64,000 nt of DNA. Source: Methanomicrobiales archaeon (GTDB taxonomy: Archaea > Halobacteriota > Methanomicrobia > Methanomicrobiales > Methanospirillaceae). Both the position numbers and the translations under genes were made by a program. Numbering within the stretch: position 1 is the first letter of the stretch; the number at the start of each line of letters is the position of its first letter. The stretch is taken from assembly GCA_037137755.1 (NCBI GenBank), contig JBAXJR010000006.1, positions 1 through 64,000 on the forward strand, in the 5' to 3' direction. Below are positions 8,788 to 17,786 of this stretch, piece after piece. The notes under the pieces are model-generated. The model ran no database searches and was not told where the DNA came from. It saw nothing but the letters and a program-made list of their open reading frames with translations.

Positions 8788-10824
8788 ATGCCGATGACCG
8801 ATATAAAGACCGCTATAACGCTTGGCAATGCAAGCCTGAAGAAAAAGTTGAATACTATCCAGGGGCCGCTTGCGTATGAAGAGACTGCCTATCACCTGCC
8901 TGTTGCCTATGCCCTGACCGGTCGCCCGGTACATTCGTCACAGGAAGCACTCGAGGTATACCAGCTCACCAGTGAGAATCCTTTTGTTGCATGTGAGTCA
9001 TTAATGGCCTTTTCTGAACAGGGTCCCGGTCGCGAACCTTCCCCCTATTCCGGGTTTATCGGGGATGCAGTGCTCAGGAAACTCGGGTATTCCCTTGTCG
9101 ACGGGAGTATACTTGGTCTTGCCCTTGTCATCGGAACTCCAGGTAACGCCGATACGGCCTCGCGGATATGTCGTGAACTTCAGGAGAAATATATGCTCAC
9201 CTTCCTTGCAGGAGACGTGGTGGCCTCTCTCTCGTCAGCATCTGTGAAACTTGGACTTGAATACAGGCTTATTCCTCTCGGTTCAACATCGGTCCATGGT
9301 GTGCATTTTGTAGATATCATTACCCGTGTTGCCCTGATGTTCGGCGGGGTAGTCCCCGGAGACCCGGGCAGGCTGCTTGCCTATGCAAACCAGCGTGCAA
9401 AGGCGGTTGCCATAGTATTTCCGGGTCTCGATAATGAAGGCATTGCATTGGTTGACGCTCTCCGCCTCCTTGGTATCCCTATCATTTCTCTTGGTGGATA
9501 TGAGGGTGGCGAGTGGATCACTGCAGTCCCCCAGGACGCAGTCAGGGAAGGGATGGAAAGAAAAGGGATCAAGGTCACGGTCACGGCTATTCCGATCCCA
9601 ATGTCCTGCTCCCCGGCATTTGAAGGCAAGAGCATAAGAAAAGAAGAGATGTATGTGGAATTCGGCGGGGGACGTTCTCCGGCCTTTGAGTTACTTCGTG
9701 TAAAACCAGCATCTGAAGTCACGGATGGCCTGATCCGTGTAGTCGGTCCGGAAATCGAATCTGTTAAGGAGGGTTCGGCTGTCCCGCTTGGTATTATCGT
9801 TGAGGTCGCCGGAAAATCAATGAAAAAGGACTTCGAACCTGTTTTAGAGCGGCGGATCCATAATTTTGTCAATTATGGTGAAGGTTCCTGGCATGTTGCA
9901 CAACGTGATCTCATCTGGGTGCGGATATCAAAAGAAGCAGTTAAGAATGGAATAAAAATCGAGCATATCGGTAAGCTGATCGCGACCAAGTTCAGGATCG
10001 ATTTCCCGGACCTCCTGGACGCCGTCCAGGTAACCATGGTGACAGATCTTAAGGCGGTTGAGGCAGGCAAAAAGGAAGCGGAGGCGATGTACGAGGAACG
10101 CGACAGGCGAATCCAGGGAATGAAAGATACCGATGTTGACTTATTCTATTCCTGCACGCTCTGCCAGACCTTTGCACCAAACCATGTCTGTATTATCACA
10201 CCTGAAAGGCCCGCATTATGTGGTGCAATATCCTGGCTGGACGGAAAAATTGCCTATGAAATATCCCCTTCGGGAGCAAACCAGCCGGTAGAGAAAGGGG
10301 GTGTCATTGACCGGGATAAGGGCGAATTTGAAGGGGTGAACCGCTTTGTAAAGAAAGCCTCGCATGGCGAGGTTGAACGGTGTTCCCTTTACAGCATCAT
10401 GGAATACCCTATGACCTGCTGCGGGTGCTTTGAGTGTATTGCGCTGATGCTCCCAGAAGTGAATGGTATCATGGTCGTGAACCGTGAATACAAGGGGGAC
10501 ACACCATCCGGGATGTCATTTTCCACGCTGGCCGGGACAATCGGGGGTGGAGCCCAGACACCGGGTTTTGCCGGAATCTCTAAAAATTACATCCTTTCTG
10601 ACCGGTTTTTGCAGGATGAAGGGGGAATTGAACGACTTGTCTGGCTCCCCTCCCTGGTAAAAGAGGAACTGAAAGATCGGCTCGTTAAGAAACTGAATGA
10701 ACTAGGTCATCCTGACCTGTTTGAAAAAATTGCCGATGATACGAAGGCGACGACCTTAGAGGAACTGATTGCATTTCTTGACGAAGTTCAGCACCCGTCG
10801 CTCACGATGAAACCGTTACTCTGA
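8788..10824 (+). CDS. acsB: Acetyl-CoA synthase, long bacterial-type AcsB (CdhC homolog with the N-terminal domain)
   Basis: A-cluster motifs SCTLCQTFAPNHVC...LCGA and PMTCCGCFE; N-terminal ETAYHLP and PYSGFIGDAVLRKLG segments; 678 aa. Confidence 0.95.
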   Translation: MPMTDIKTAITLGNASLKKKLNTIQGPLAYEETAYHLPVAYALTGRPVHSSQEALEVYQLTSENPFVACESLMAFSEQGPGREPSPYSGFIGDAVLRKLGYSLVDGSILGLALVIGTPGNADTASRICRELQEKYMLTFLAGDVVASLSSASVKLGLEYRLIPLGSTSVHGVHFVDIITRVALMFGGVVPGDPGRLLAYANQRAKAVAIVFPGLDNEGIALVDALRLLGIPIISLGGYEGGEWITAVPQDAVREGMERKGIKVTVTAIPIPMSCSPAFEGKSIRKEEMYVEFGGGRSPAFELLRVKPASEVTDGLIRVVGPEIESVKEGSAVPLGIIVEVAGKSMKKDFEPVLERRIHNFVNYGEGSWHVAQRDLIWVRISKEAVKNGIKIEHIGKLIATKFRIDFPDLLDAVQVTMVTDLKAVEAGKKEAEAMYEERDRRIQGMKDTDVDLFYSCTLCQTFAPNHVCIITPERPALCGAISWLDGKIAYEISPSGANQPVEKGGVIDRDKGEFEGVNRFVKKASHGEVERCSLYSIMEYPMTCCGCFECIALMLPEVNGIMVVNREYKGDTPSGMSFSTLAGTIGGGAQTPGFAGISKNYILSDRFLQDEGGIERLVWLPSLVKEELKDRLVKKLNELGHPDLFEKIADDTKATTLEELIAFLDEVQHPSLTMKPLL

Positions 10825-10835
10825 GGTGGTTGTTG

Positions 10836-11789
10836 ATGGCAGAAAACAGCCCGGATCAGGGCGGAAAAATTGAATATATCGTCCTTGGTGCAACAAAGGC
10901 AGAAGGCGGAACAAGGTCGGTTTCATACCGTATAGGCGGTGAATCAGATCTTCCATTCATAGGGATGAAAACCGGGCAGGGCTCGATCCCTCTTGTGGCG
11001 TTTGAAATTTGTGATGACCCTGCATACTGGTCCACGATAGTGACTTCCTATGCTGGCGATCTCGTCACTGCTACCCAGGAATGGGCGGGGGCAGCTGAAA
11101 AACAATATGGGGCTGACCTTGTCCGGCTATACCTGACCAGTACAAAACGTCGCGGATTTGACGACTTCCCCTCAATTACCAAGGTAACTGAAGAAGTATT
11201 ATCCAGTTCCGGACTTCCACTGATCATTGAAGGGAGCAATGAACCATCGATCGACTCAGAAGTATTCCAGAGGTGTGGTGAGGCCGGGCAGGGGGAACTC
11301 CTGCTCCTTGGTACAGCCGAGGCAGGGAGGTACCGTAGTGTTGCCGCTGCAGCGATGGCGTATAACCATTCCGTTGTAGCACAATCCCCAATTGACATCA
11401 ATCTTGCAAAACAACTCAACATACTTCTCCGTGAAATCGGTGTTAAATCGGACCATATTATGATTGATCCGTATACAGGGTCGCTCGGATATGGGTTTGA
11501 GTATTCCTACTCCGTGATGGAACGGATCCGCTATGCCGCGTTAAAGGGGGATACAGATCTTGCCATGCCTATGATAACCTCTGCCAGCGACTCCCTCAGC
11601 GTTAAGGAAGTCAGGGAGGCAGATCCTGCTATCAGGGATGATGTTGCGGTAGCATGGGAATTTTATGCAGCGCTTTCCTCGGCTGTTGCGGGGTCTTCCA
11701 TTGTGTGTGTGCGGCACCCGAAGACCGTTCCCCTGCTAAAAAAAGCGTTTCGTGAATTATGGGCAGGAAAAATGCCCGGGGAGGCCTGA
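10836..11789 (+). CDS. acsD: Corrinoid Fe-S protein small subunit (AcsD/CdhD)
   Basis: QSPIDINLAKQLN and DPYTGSLGYGFEYSYSVMERIR motifs. Confidence 0.93.
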   Translation: MAENSPDQGGKIEYIVLGATKAEGGTRSVSYRIGGESDLPFIGMKTGQGSIPLVAFEICDDPAYWSTIVTSYAGDLVTATQEWAGAAEKQYGADLVRLYLTSTKRRGFDDFPSITKVTEEVLSSSGLPLIIEGSNEPSIDSEVFQRCGEAGQGELLLLGTAEAGRYRSVAAAAMAYNHSVVAQSPIDINLAKQLNILLREIGVKSDHIMIDPYTGSLGYGFEYSYSVMERIRYAALKGDTDLAMPMITSASDSLSVKEVREADPAIRDDVAVAWEFYAALSSAVAGSSIVCVRHPKTVPLLKKAFRELWAGKMPGEA

Positions 11790-11793
11790 AATC

Positions 11794-13131
11794 ATGGCAT
11801 TGAAAGCCCTTGATATCTATAAACTTCTGCCTAAAAAGAACTGCAAAGAGTGCGGGGACCCGACATGCCTGACATTTGCAATGAAACTTGCCAGCGGTAA
11901 GGGAGACGTGGAGAAATGCCCGTACCTCGATCTCAATGCAAAAAATATTCTCGGTGCATCAACACGTCCCCCCATCCAGCTGGTGAAAATCGGCGTTGGA
12001 GAACGGAGGTTTGCTGTAGGTGAGGAATTCGTGGTTTTCCGTCATGAAAAGACATTTTACCACCCGCCTGGCATCATGTTCCAGGTATCTGACCTCTGGC
12101 CGGCTGAAGCGATAGAATCCGTGACACGGAGAGTTGGATCAGAACATTTTGTGAGGGTAGGGACAGATCTAACCTTCTCCGGGGTTGCAATCACGAATGA
12201 AAGCGGAAACCCGGATATATTTGCGAAAGCGGTAGGTGTTGTTGAGGCAACAGGGACGCATATCCCCGAGGTATTAATGGCGTCCAACCCTGATGTGCAG
12301 GAAGAAGGCTTAAAAAAGTGCGGGAATTTCCGCCCTCTTATTTACTCCGCCACAAAAGAGACGTACAAACCGATGTGTGCCCTTGCAAAAAAATTCGGGT
12401 CTCCGCTTGTTGTGAGTGCAAAAGACCTTGAATCCCTGGGTGAGATGACGAAACTCTGTAACGCAGAGGGTATAACCGACCTCCTTCTTGACCTTTCGTT
12501 CCCGTCGCTCCGTGATTATATCCCTGCAGCAACCGAAATCCGGCAGAAATCGATCTCCCGTTCAGCACCTGAACTGGGTTATCCTGTCTTCCTTGATACT
12601 ACACGGTACGAAATGCAGGATACGGCGCTCATTCTTGGAATTGACAAATATGCAGGCGTGATCGTTACCCCGGCACTCCCACCTGCGTCATCAGTGGCCG
12701 CCCTCACACTCCGCCAGAACATTTACACGGATCCGCAGAAACCGATCCAGATGAACCCCGGGATCTACCCGGTTGGTATCCCCGGAAAAGAATCCCCGGT
12801 ACTGCTTACCGTAAATTTTTCCCTGACGTATTTCACCGTGCAGGGCTATCTGGAATCGAGCCGGGTTCCATGTTACATGCTCATCGTCGACACTGAGGGT
12901 TTGTCTGTTCTTACAGCGGTTGCAGCGGGGAAACTAAACGAAACCCTCGTCCGGGATTCGATTAAAAAATTCGATCTCGAAAATCTCGTATCGCACCGTA
13001 AGCTGATTATTCCTGGCTATGCATCGCCGCTTTCTGGTAAAATAGAAGAAGAGACCGGCTGGAAAGTCATGGTAGGGCCCCGGGATGCAGCGGAAATCGG
13101 TGATTACCTGGTAAAGGAGTGGAAAATCTAG
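11794..13131 (+). CDS. acsC: Corrinoid Fe-S protein large subunit (AcsC/CdhE)
   Basis: LPKKNCKECGDPTCLTFA...C [4Fe-4S] motif; RQNIYTDPQKP; NFSLTYF; VGPRDA. Confidence 0.95.
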   Translation: MALKALDIYKLLPKKNCKECGDPTCLTFAMKLASGKGDVEKCPYLDLNAKNILGASTRPPIQLVKIGVGERRFAVGEEFVVFRHEKTFYHPPGIMFQVSDLWPAEAIESVTRRVGSEHFVRVGTDLTFSGVAITNESGNPDIFAKAVGVVEATGTHIPEVLMASNPDVQEEGLKKCGNFRPLIYSATKETYKPMCALAKKFGSPLVVSAKDLESLGEMTKLCNAEGITDLLLDLSFPSLRDYIPAATEIRQKSISRSAPELGYPVFLDTTRYEMQDTALILGIDKYAGVIVTPALPPASSVAALTLRQNIYTDPQKPIQMNPGIYPVGIPGKESPVLLTVNFSLTYFTVQGYLESSRVPCYMLIVDTEGLSVLTAVAAGKLNETLVRDSIKKFDLENLVSHRKLIIPGYASPLSGKIEEETGWKVMVGPRDAAEIGDYLVKEWKI

Positions 13132-15048
13132 ATGCCATCAATCACATTCCTTCCAAGTTACCGGAAGATCACCGTGGATTCAGGGAGTACCATTCTCGAT
13201 GCAATCCAGCGTGCCCAGATCCAGATGAATGTCGTCTGCGGCGGGCAGGGCAAGTGCGGGAAATGTATTGTCTATATAAAAAACGGCTCGGTGGAATTTG
13301 ATCGTGAAAAATTTGGTAAATTTTTTACGGTAGCTGAACTTAACCTGGGTGCCTGTCTCGCCTGCCAGGCGGTTGTCAGGGATGACCTCCAGGTCATGAT
13401 CCCGGAAAGTTCACTCATCCAGCAGCAGAAAATCCTGATGGAGTCCCTTGGGATCGAGACTCCCTTCCAGCCTTCTGTATGGAAATATTATGTGGAACTC
13501 TCCCCCCCGACACTGGAAGACCCGTCTCCTGACCTTACAAGGCTTGTGTGGGGGATCCAGAAGCAGGGTGGACCCGAGGCAGAAAAAATGTATGCACCAC
13601 TGGACGTCCTCAGGGGGATGCCACGTGTCCTCCGTAACAGCGGGTGGCGGGTAACCGCAACACTTGCCCTTGTACCGGGCGGGTACCGGATCATTGACCT
13701 CGAGAAAGGAGACACAAGGTCGGAACTTTACGGTGTTGCCGTTGATCTGGGTACCACCACGGTAGTTGCGTATATCCGCAGCCTCGTAGATGGGCATGTT
13801 GTTGGTATCGCGTCAAATTATAACCGTCAGATCAGCTGTGGTGAGGACATCCTCTCGCGTGTGAATTTTGCAAGAAAGAACGGGCTTCCTAAACTGCAGG
13901 CGCTTGCTGCCGAGAGCATCAACCTCGCCATCACCTCTGCGGCAAATGGAGCCGGAATCGACAGGGAGGACATCTACGAGGTCGTCGTGGCAGGGAACAC
14001 AATTATGACCCATATTCTGTTGGGTATTGACCCTGCGTACATGATCGAGGAGCCCTATGTTCCGGTGGTCCGGCGCTACCTGACTACCGCAGCACCAAGG
14101 CTGGGAATTGAAGTTGCGCAGGATGCGGCAGTTTTCTTATTCCCCGCCGTTTCTGATTTCATAGGTGGTGATATCATTGCTGATATCCTGGCATCCGGCA
14201 TGGGTGAACGGGATGAAGTATCCCTTCTTGTGGATATCGGAACGAATTTTGAGGTGGTACTGGGGAACCGGGACTGGATGTTCTCGTGTGCCGGTGCTGC
14301 AGGGCCTGCCCTCGAGGGTGGGGAGGTCCTCTTTGGGATGAGAGCGAACCCTGGTGCGATTGAACGTATCACGATTGATCCGGTAACGCTGGAGCCCGAA
14401 TTCCAGACCATAAACAGTGTTACACCGGTTGGGATATGCGGCTCCGGTTTGATCGATCTCCTTGCCGGCCTTCTTCAGGCCTGTGTAGTGGACAGGACCG
14501 GGCGTATCAATACCGGGATTATCCATCCCCGTATCAGGCAGGGCATCCATTACCCGGAATATGTTATTGCATGGAAAAAGGAAAGCGGTAATGACAAGGA
14601 TATTGTCATTACCGAGAATGATATCAAGAACCTGATCATGAGTAAGGCATCGGTGCTTGCGGCATGCATTACCCTGATGAAAGAGGCCGGGATTACAAGA
14701 ACCGAGATATCTACTATCTATTTTTCAGGGGCATTCGGGAATTATATCCACAAGGAAAATGCGATAATGATTGGGCTTATTCCTGAAGTCCCCATTGAGC
14801 AGATTAAAAATATCGGGAACGGGGCCGTTGAGGGCGCAAATATGGCATTGATCAACCGGAAAAAAAGAAAAACACTGGATGAAATTGCAAAGAATATCGC
14901 CTATATTGAATTGAACGCCGAGTCATCCTTTATGGACGAGTATACGGGCAGCGCGTTCCTGCCCCATACAGACCTCTCGTTATTCCCCCGTGTCCAGAAA
15001 ATGCTCGAAGAGTGCCGCCTTAAAAAAATCCCCACGGGAGTGCCATAA
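13132..15048 (+). CDS. acsV: ASKHA-domain reductive activator of corrinoid protein (RACo/AcsV) with N-terminal [2Fe-2S]
   Basis: CGGQGKCGKC...LAC; VDLGTTT; VDIGTNFE; GPALEG; GICGSG; SGAFG; IGNGA. Confidence 0.9.
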   Translation: MPSITFLPSYRKITVDSGSTILDAIQRAQIQMNVVCGGQGKCGKCIVYIKNGSVEFDREKFGKFFTVAELNLGACLACQAVVRDDLQVMIPESSLIQQQKILMESLGIETPFQPSVWKYYVELSPPTLEDPSPDLTRLVWGIQKQGGPEAEKMYAPLDVLRGMPRVLRNSGWRVTATLALVPGGYRIIDLEKGDTRSELYGVAVDLGTTTVVAYIRSLVDGHVVGIASNYNRQISCGEDILSRVNFARKNGLPKLQALAAESINLAITSAANGAGIDREDIYEVVVAGNTIMTHILLGIDPAYMIEEPYVPVVRRYLTTAAPRLGIEVAQDAAVFLFPAVSDFIGGDIIADILASGMGERDEVSLLVDIGTNFEVVLGNRDWMFSCAGAAGPALEGGEVLFGMRANPGAIERITIDPVTLEPEFQTINSVTPVGICGSGLIDLLAGLLQACVVDRTGRINTGIIHPRIRQGIHYPEYVIAWKKESGNDKDIVITENDIKNLIMSKASVLAACITLMKEAGITRTEISTIYFSGAFGNYIHKENAIMIGLIPEVPIEQIKNIGNGAVEGANMALINRKKRKTLDEIAKNIAYIELNAESSFMDEYTGSAFLPHTDLSLFPRVQKMLEECRLKKIPTGVP

Positions 15049-16082
15049 TGGCTGTTCACCTACCCTCACCGCGGAGTCTTGCGACCGGAGTCGGGAGCGT
15101 TCCCCATTCAGACCCTGTAAAAGCCTGTGATGAGGTAATCAGGATATTCCCGCAGTTACCGTATGCGCCTACCCTTCCGAACCGGGGACTCCTGGAAAAT
15201 ATCGTATTTTGTGATTCGGAACGCCTGCCCGGAAGCGTAATCCGGGAGGGGCGGCTCTTTGTTGACCGTGAGGCTGATCTTCCGGGTGAAATGGAACAGA
15301 TTTACCTTGATTACATTGAGGAGAATTATTCCCCCTATGCTGTTGCACCGGAATATGCATCAGGCTTTCATGAATTTAAAAAGAGGTCGTTTCATTCACC
15401 CTTCGCACTGAAATGCCAGGTAACCGGACCCGTAACATTTGGTATGCAGGTGGTGGACGCAGAGAAACGTCCGGTGTATTACGACAGCCAGTATGCCGAT
15501 GTCCTCTCGAAACTAATCGCTCTCCGTGCCCGTTGGCTTGAACAGTCACTTACCGGGATAGCTGGTGGAACTCATACCCTGGTGATGGTGAACGAACCGT
15601 ACCTCGCAGCCCTTGGGTCATCGGTAGTACCGATAGACATGGATACAGTCAAATCAGGATGGCATGATATCGCTGTTCTGCTCAAGGGGAGCATCGGTAT
15701 TCATTGCTGCAGTAATACAGACTGGAGTTTTATCTTTTCCCTTGACCCGGGTGTCGTATCATTCGATGCCTACGCGACGACGAAGGAATTTCTCCTGTAT
15801 AAGGACGACCTTTTTACCTATCTCGAACATGGCGGGGTGGTCGCATGGGGTGTTGTGCCTGCAGACAACCGGGTTTTTTCCGGGGAAACCCCGGAATCAC
15901 TGTATGAACGCTACATTCGCATCAGGAAAGAAGTGACCTCGTATATCCCTGAAAAATTATTCGATGCCCAGTCAATGATAACTCCCAGTTGTGGCATACG
16001 ATTTGCCACTGAATCAGAATCGTGTAAAATTATGGAAACTGCCGCAATGATATCAGCCCGTGTAAGAGGGGAATCCAATTGA
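15048..16082 (+). CDS. Core (folate-independent) methionine synthase, MesB-like single-barrel MetE homolog
   Basis: TGVGSVPH, KCQVTGPVTF, NEPYL, Zn site GIHCC, SFDAY, AWGVVP, ITPSCG; 344 aa; start overlaps the acsV stop (TAATG). Confidence 0.8.
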   Translation: MAVHLPSPRSLATGVGSVPHSDPVKACDEVIRIFPQLPYAPTLPNRGLLENIVFCDSERLPGSVIREGRLFVDREADLPGEMEQIYLDYIEENYSPYAVAPEYASGFHEFKKRSFHSPFALKCQVTGPVTFGMQVVDAEKRPVYYDSQYADVLSKLIALRARWLEQSLTGIAGGTHTLVMVNEPYLAALGSSVVPIDMDTVKSGWHDIAVLLKGSIGIHCCSNTDWSFIFSLDPGVVSFDAYATTKEFLLYKDDLFTYLEHGGVVAWGVVPADNRVFSGETPESLYERYIRIRKEVTSYIPEKLFDAQSMITPSCGIRFATESESCKIMETAAMISARVRGESN

Positions 16083-16128
16083 TAAAAGGAGATAGAAGTG
16101 AATTTTTAGACCGTCCTGGCAGTTACGG

Positions 16129-16911
16129 GTGGTACCTGTGATCGTCCCGTATACCATTGCTGTCGTCGGGAAAGGGGGTACCGGGAAGACGACAATTAGT
16201 TCACTTCTTGTGCGGGCCCTTATCGGGCTTGGAAAATCTCCGGTCCTTGCCGTGGATGCTGACCCGAATGCAAATTTCAACGAGGCACTTGGAGTGGAGG
16301 TCCTTGAAAACCTGGGCGGGATGCGTGAGGATGCTTTTTCGAAGAGTATTCCTGCCGGGATGACCCGCATCGATTATATAAAGTTCCGGTTTTACCAGGT
16401 CCTTGTTGAGGACGACGGGTTTGACCTGATAGCGATGGGCCGGCCTGAGGGGACCGGGTGTTATTGCTTTGCAAATGACCTCCTCAAAACCTGTATGCGT
16501 CTTCTTGAGCGGGATTACCAGTTTATTATTATTGATTCTGAGGCGGGGATGGAACATATCAGCAGGGGCACTATCGGCATCCCTGACCTTCTCCTTATCG
16601 TGAGTGACCCTGGTGCACGAGGGCTCCGTACAGCCTCACGGATTATCGATATTGCCCTTGACCTTGGGATAAACCGCTCCGCCATGCACCTGGTTTTCAA
16701 CAGGTATAAAAGTGGTGTTGCCCCGGCAGGGGTTTTTGAGGTTACCCCCCTCGCGGTAATCCCCTACGATCCTGCGGTAGAGGCTGCAGACCTTGCGGCG
16801 ACACCAGTCTCCCAGATCCCGGACGGGAGTCCTGCGAGGGAAGCGGTAACGGAAATTGCAATGAAACTGGTCGGATTTGCCGATGAAAAAGAAAAGGAAC
16901 GGGTAAAATAA
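16129..16911 (+). CDS. CooC/AcsF-type nickel-insertion ATPase
   Basis: GKGGTGKTT, VDADP, GTGCYC and EAGMEHISRG motifs. Exact start is uncertain. Confidence 0.9.
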   Translation: MVPVIVPYTIAVVGKGGTGKTTISSLLVRALIGLGKSPVLAVDADPNANFNEALGVEVLENLGGMREDAFSKSIPAGMTRIDYIKFRFYQVLVEDDGFDLIAMGRPEGTGCYCFANDLLKTCMRLLERDYQFIIIDSEAGMEHISRGTIGIPDLLLIVSDPGARGLRTASRIIDIALDLGINRSAMHLVFNRYKSGVAPAGVFEVTPLAVIPYDPAVEAADLAATPVSQIPDGSPAREAVTEIAMKLVGFADEKEKERVK

Positions 16912-17060
16912 TTTCTAATTACATACCCTGACAGATCACATCCTCTTTCCAACCTTGATAAATCCGGGGTAGGTACGGATCATCCCTCCTATATTACCCT
17001 GTGATAATGGTATGGTGAACCGGGCATATCCATAAAATAGAACGGAATCATACGATTGGT

Positions 17061-17786
17061 ATGGAATCCTCTGAACGGGAAGATTATCTCGAAGCAGTAC
17101 TGGTGAGGCATCTTGCTGCCCGGATCCCACCTTCCGTCAAAGATGTCGCGGAAGACCTGTCATTGGGGGAGAATACCGTATCCGCGGACTTAAAAAGTCT
17201 TGAAAATCTGGGGGACCTTGTTTTCGATGAAAAAGGGACTATCCGCCTCACGGTTCATGGACAAAGTACAGCAGAGCGTGTACTGAAAAAACATCGTGTC
17301 CTCCAATGCTTTCTAGGGGAGATCCTTGGGATGGAGGAGCATGCTGCCTCTGATGAGGCGTGTGTACTAGAGCACACCATATCCGATAGTGCTATCAACA
17401 GGATAGGCAACTACGTGAAAAAAGCCGGGTCCCGTAGAGGCCGGTATAGGAAAAATACCCCCCTTTCCAGGCTAACGAACAATACTAATCCGAAACCCCC
17501 CGACCTATGCTTAATGCCTGGAATACATAAGGCACCCCCCACGGGACCAAATACCGGTCTGATGTTTGGTTCTCTTATCGATGCGACGGAATCCATACCC
17601 CTGACCGTCATGGGGATCACGGGAGGTGAATATCTTCACCGCTTAATCGACCTCGGGGTGATTCCCGGGGAAGTGGTTATTTTAAAGAGGAAACTGCATA
17701 ACAACGCAGTAGTCCTCCAGGTTAAGGAGTGCGATATCGCGTTATCACCTGAGATTGCAGGGACCATTCTTGTGGAGAAAATATAA
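17061..17786 (+). CDS. DtxR/MntR-family metal-dependent regulator with C-terminal FeoA domain
   Basis: EDYLEAV; KKHRVLQCFL...EACVLEH; C-terminal HRLIDLGVIPG...IALSPEIA. Confidence 0.9.
   Translation: MESSEREDYLEAVLVRHLAARIPPSVKDVAEDLSLGENTVSADLKSLENLGDLVFDEKGTIRLTVHGQSTAERVLKKHRVLQCFLGEILGMEEHAASDEACVLEHTISDSAINRIGNYVKKAGSRRGRYRKNTPLSRLTNNTNPKPPDLCLMPGIHKAPPTGPNTGLMFGSLIDATESIPLTVMGITGGEYLHRLIDLGVIPGEVVILKRKLHNNAVVLQVKECDIALSPEIAGTILVEKI

Noticed and set aside
8788-16911. Canonical archaeal ACDS (cdhABCDE) for carbon fixation or aceticlastic methanogenesis
   Set aside because: cdhA and cdhB are absent from the cluster, AcsB has the bacterial architecture, and a methionine synthase is embedded in the operon.
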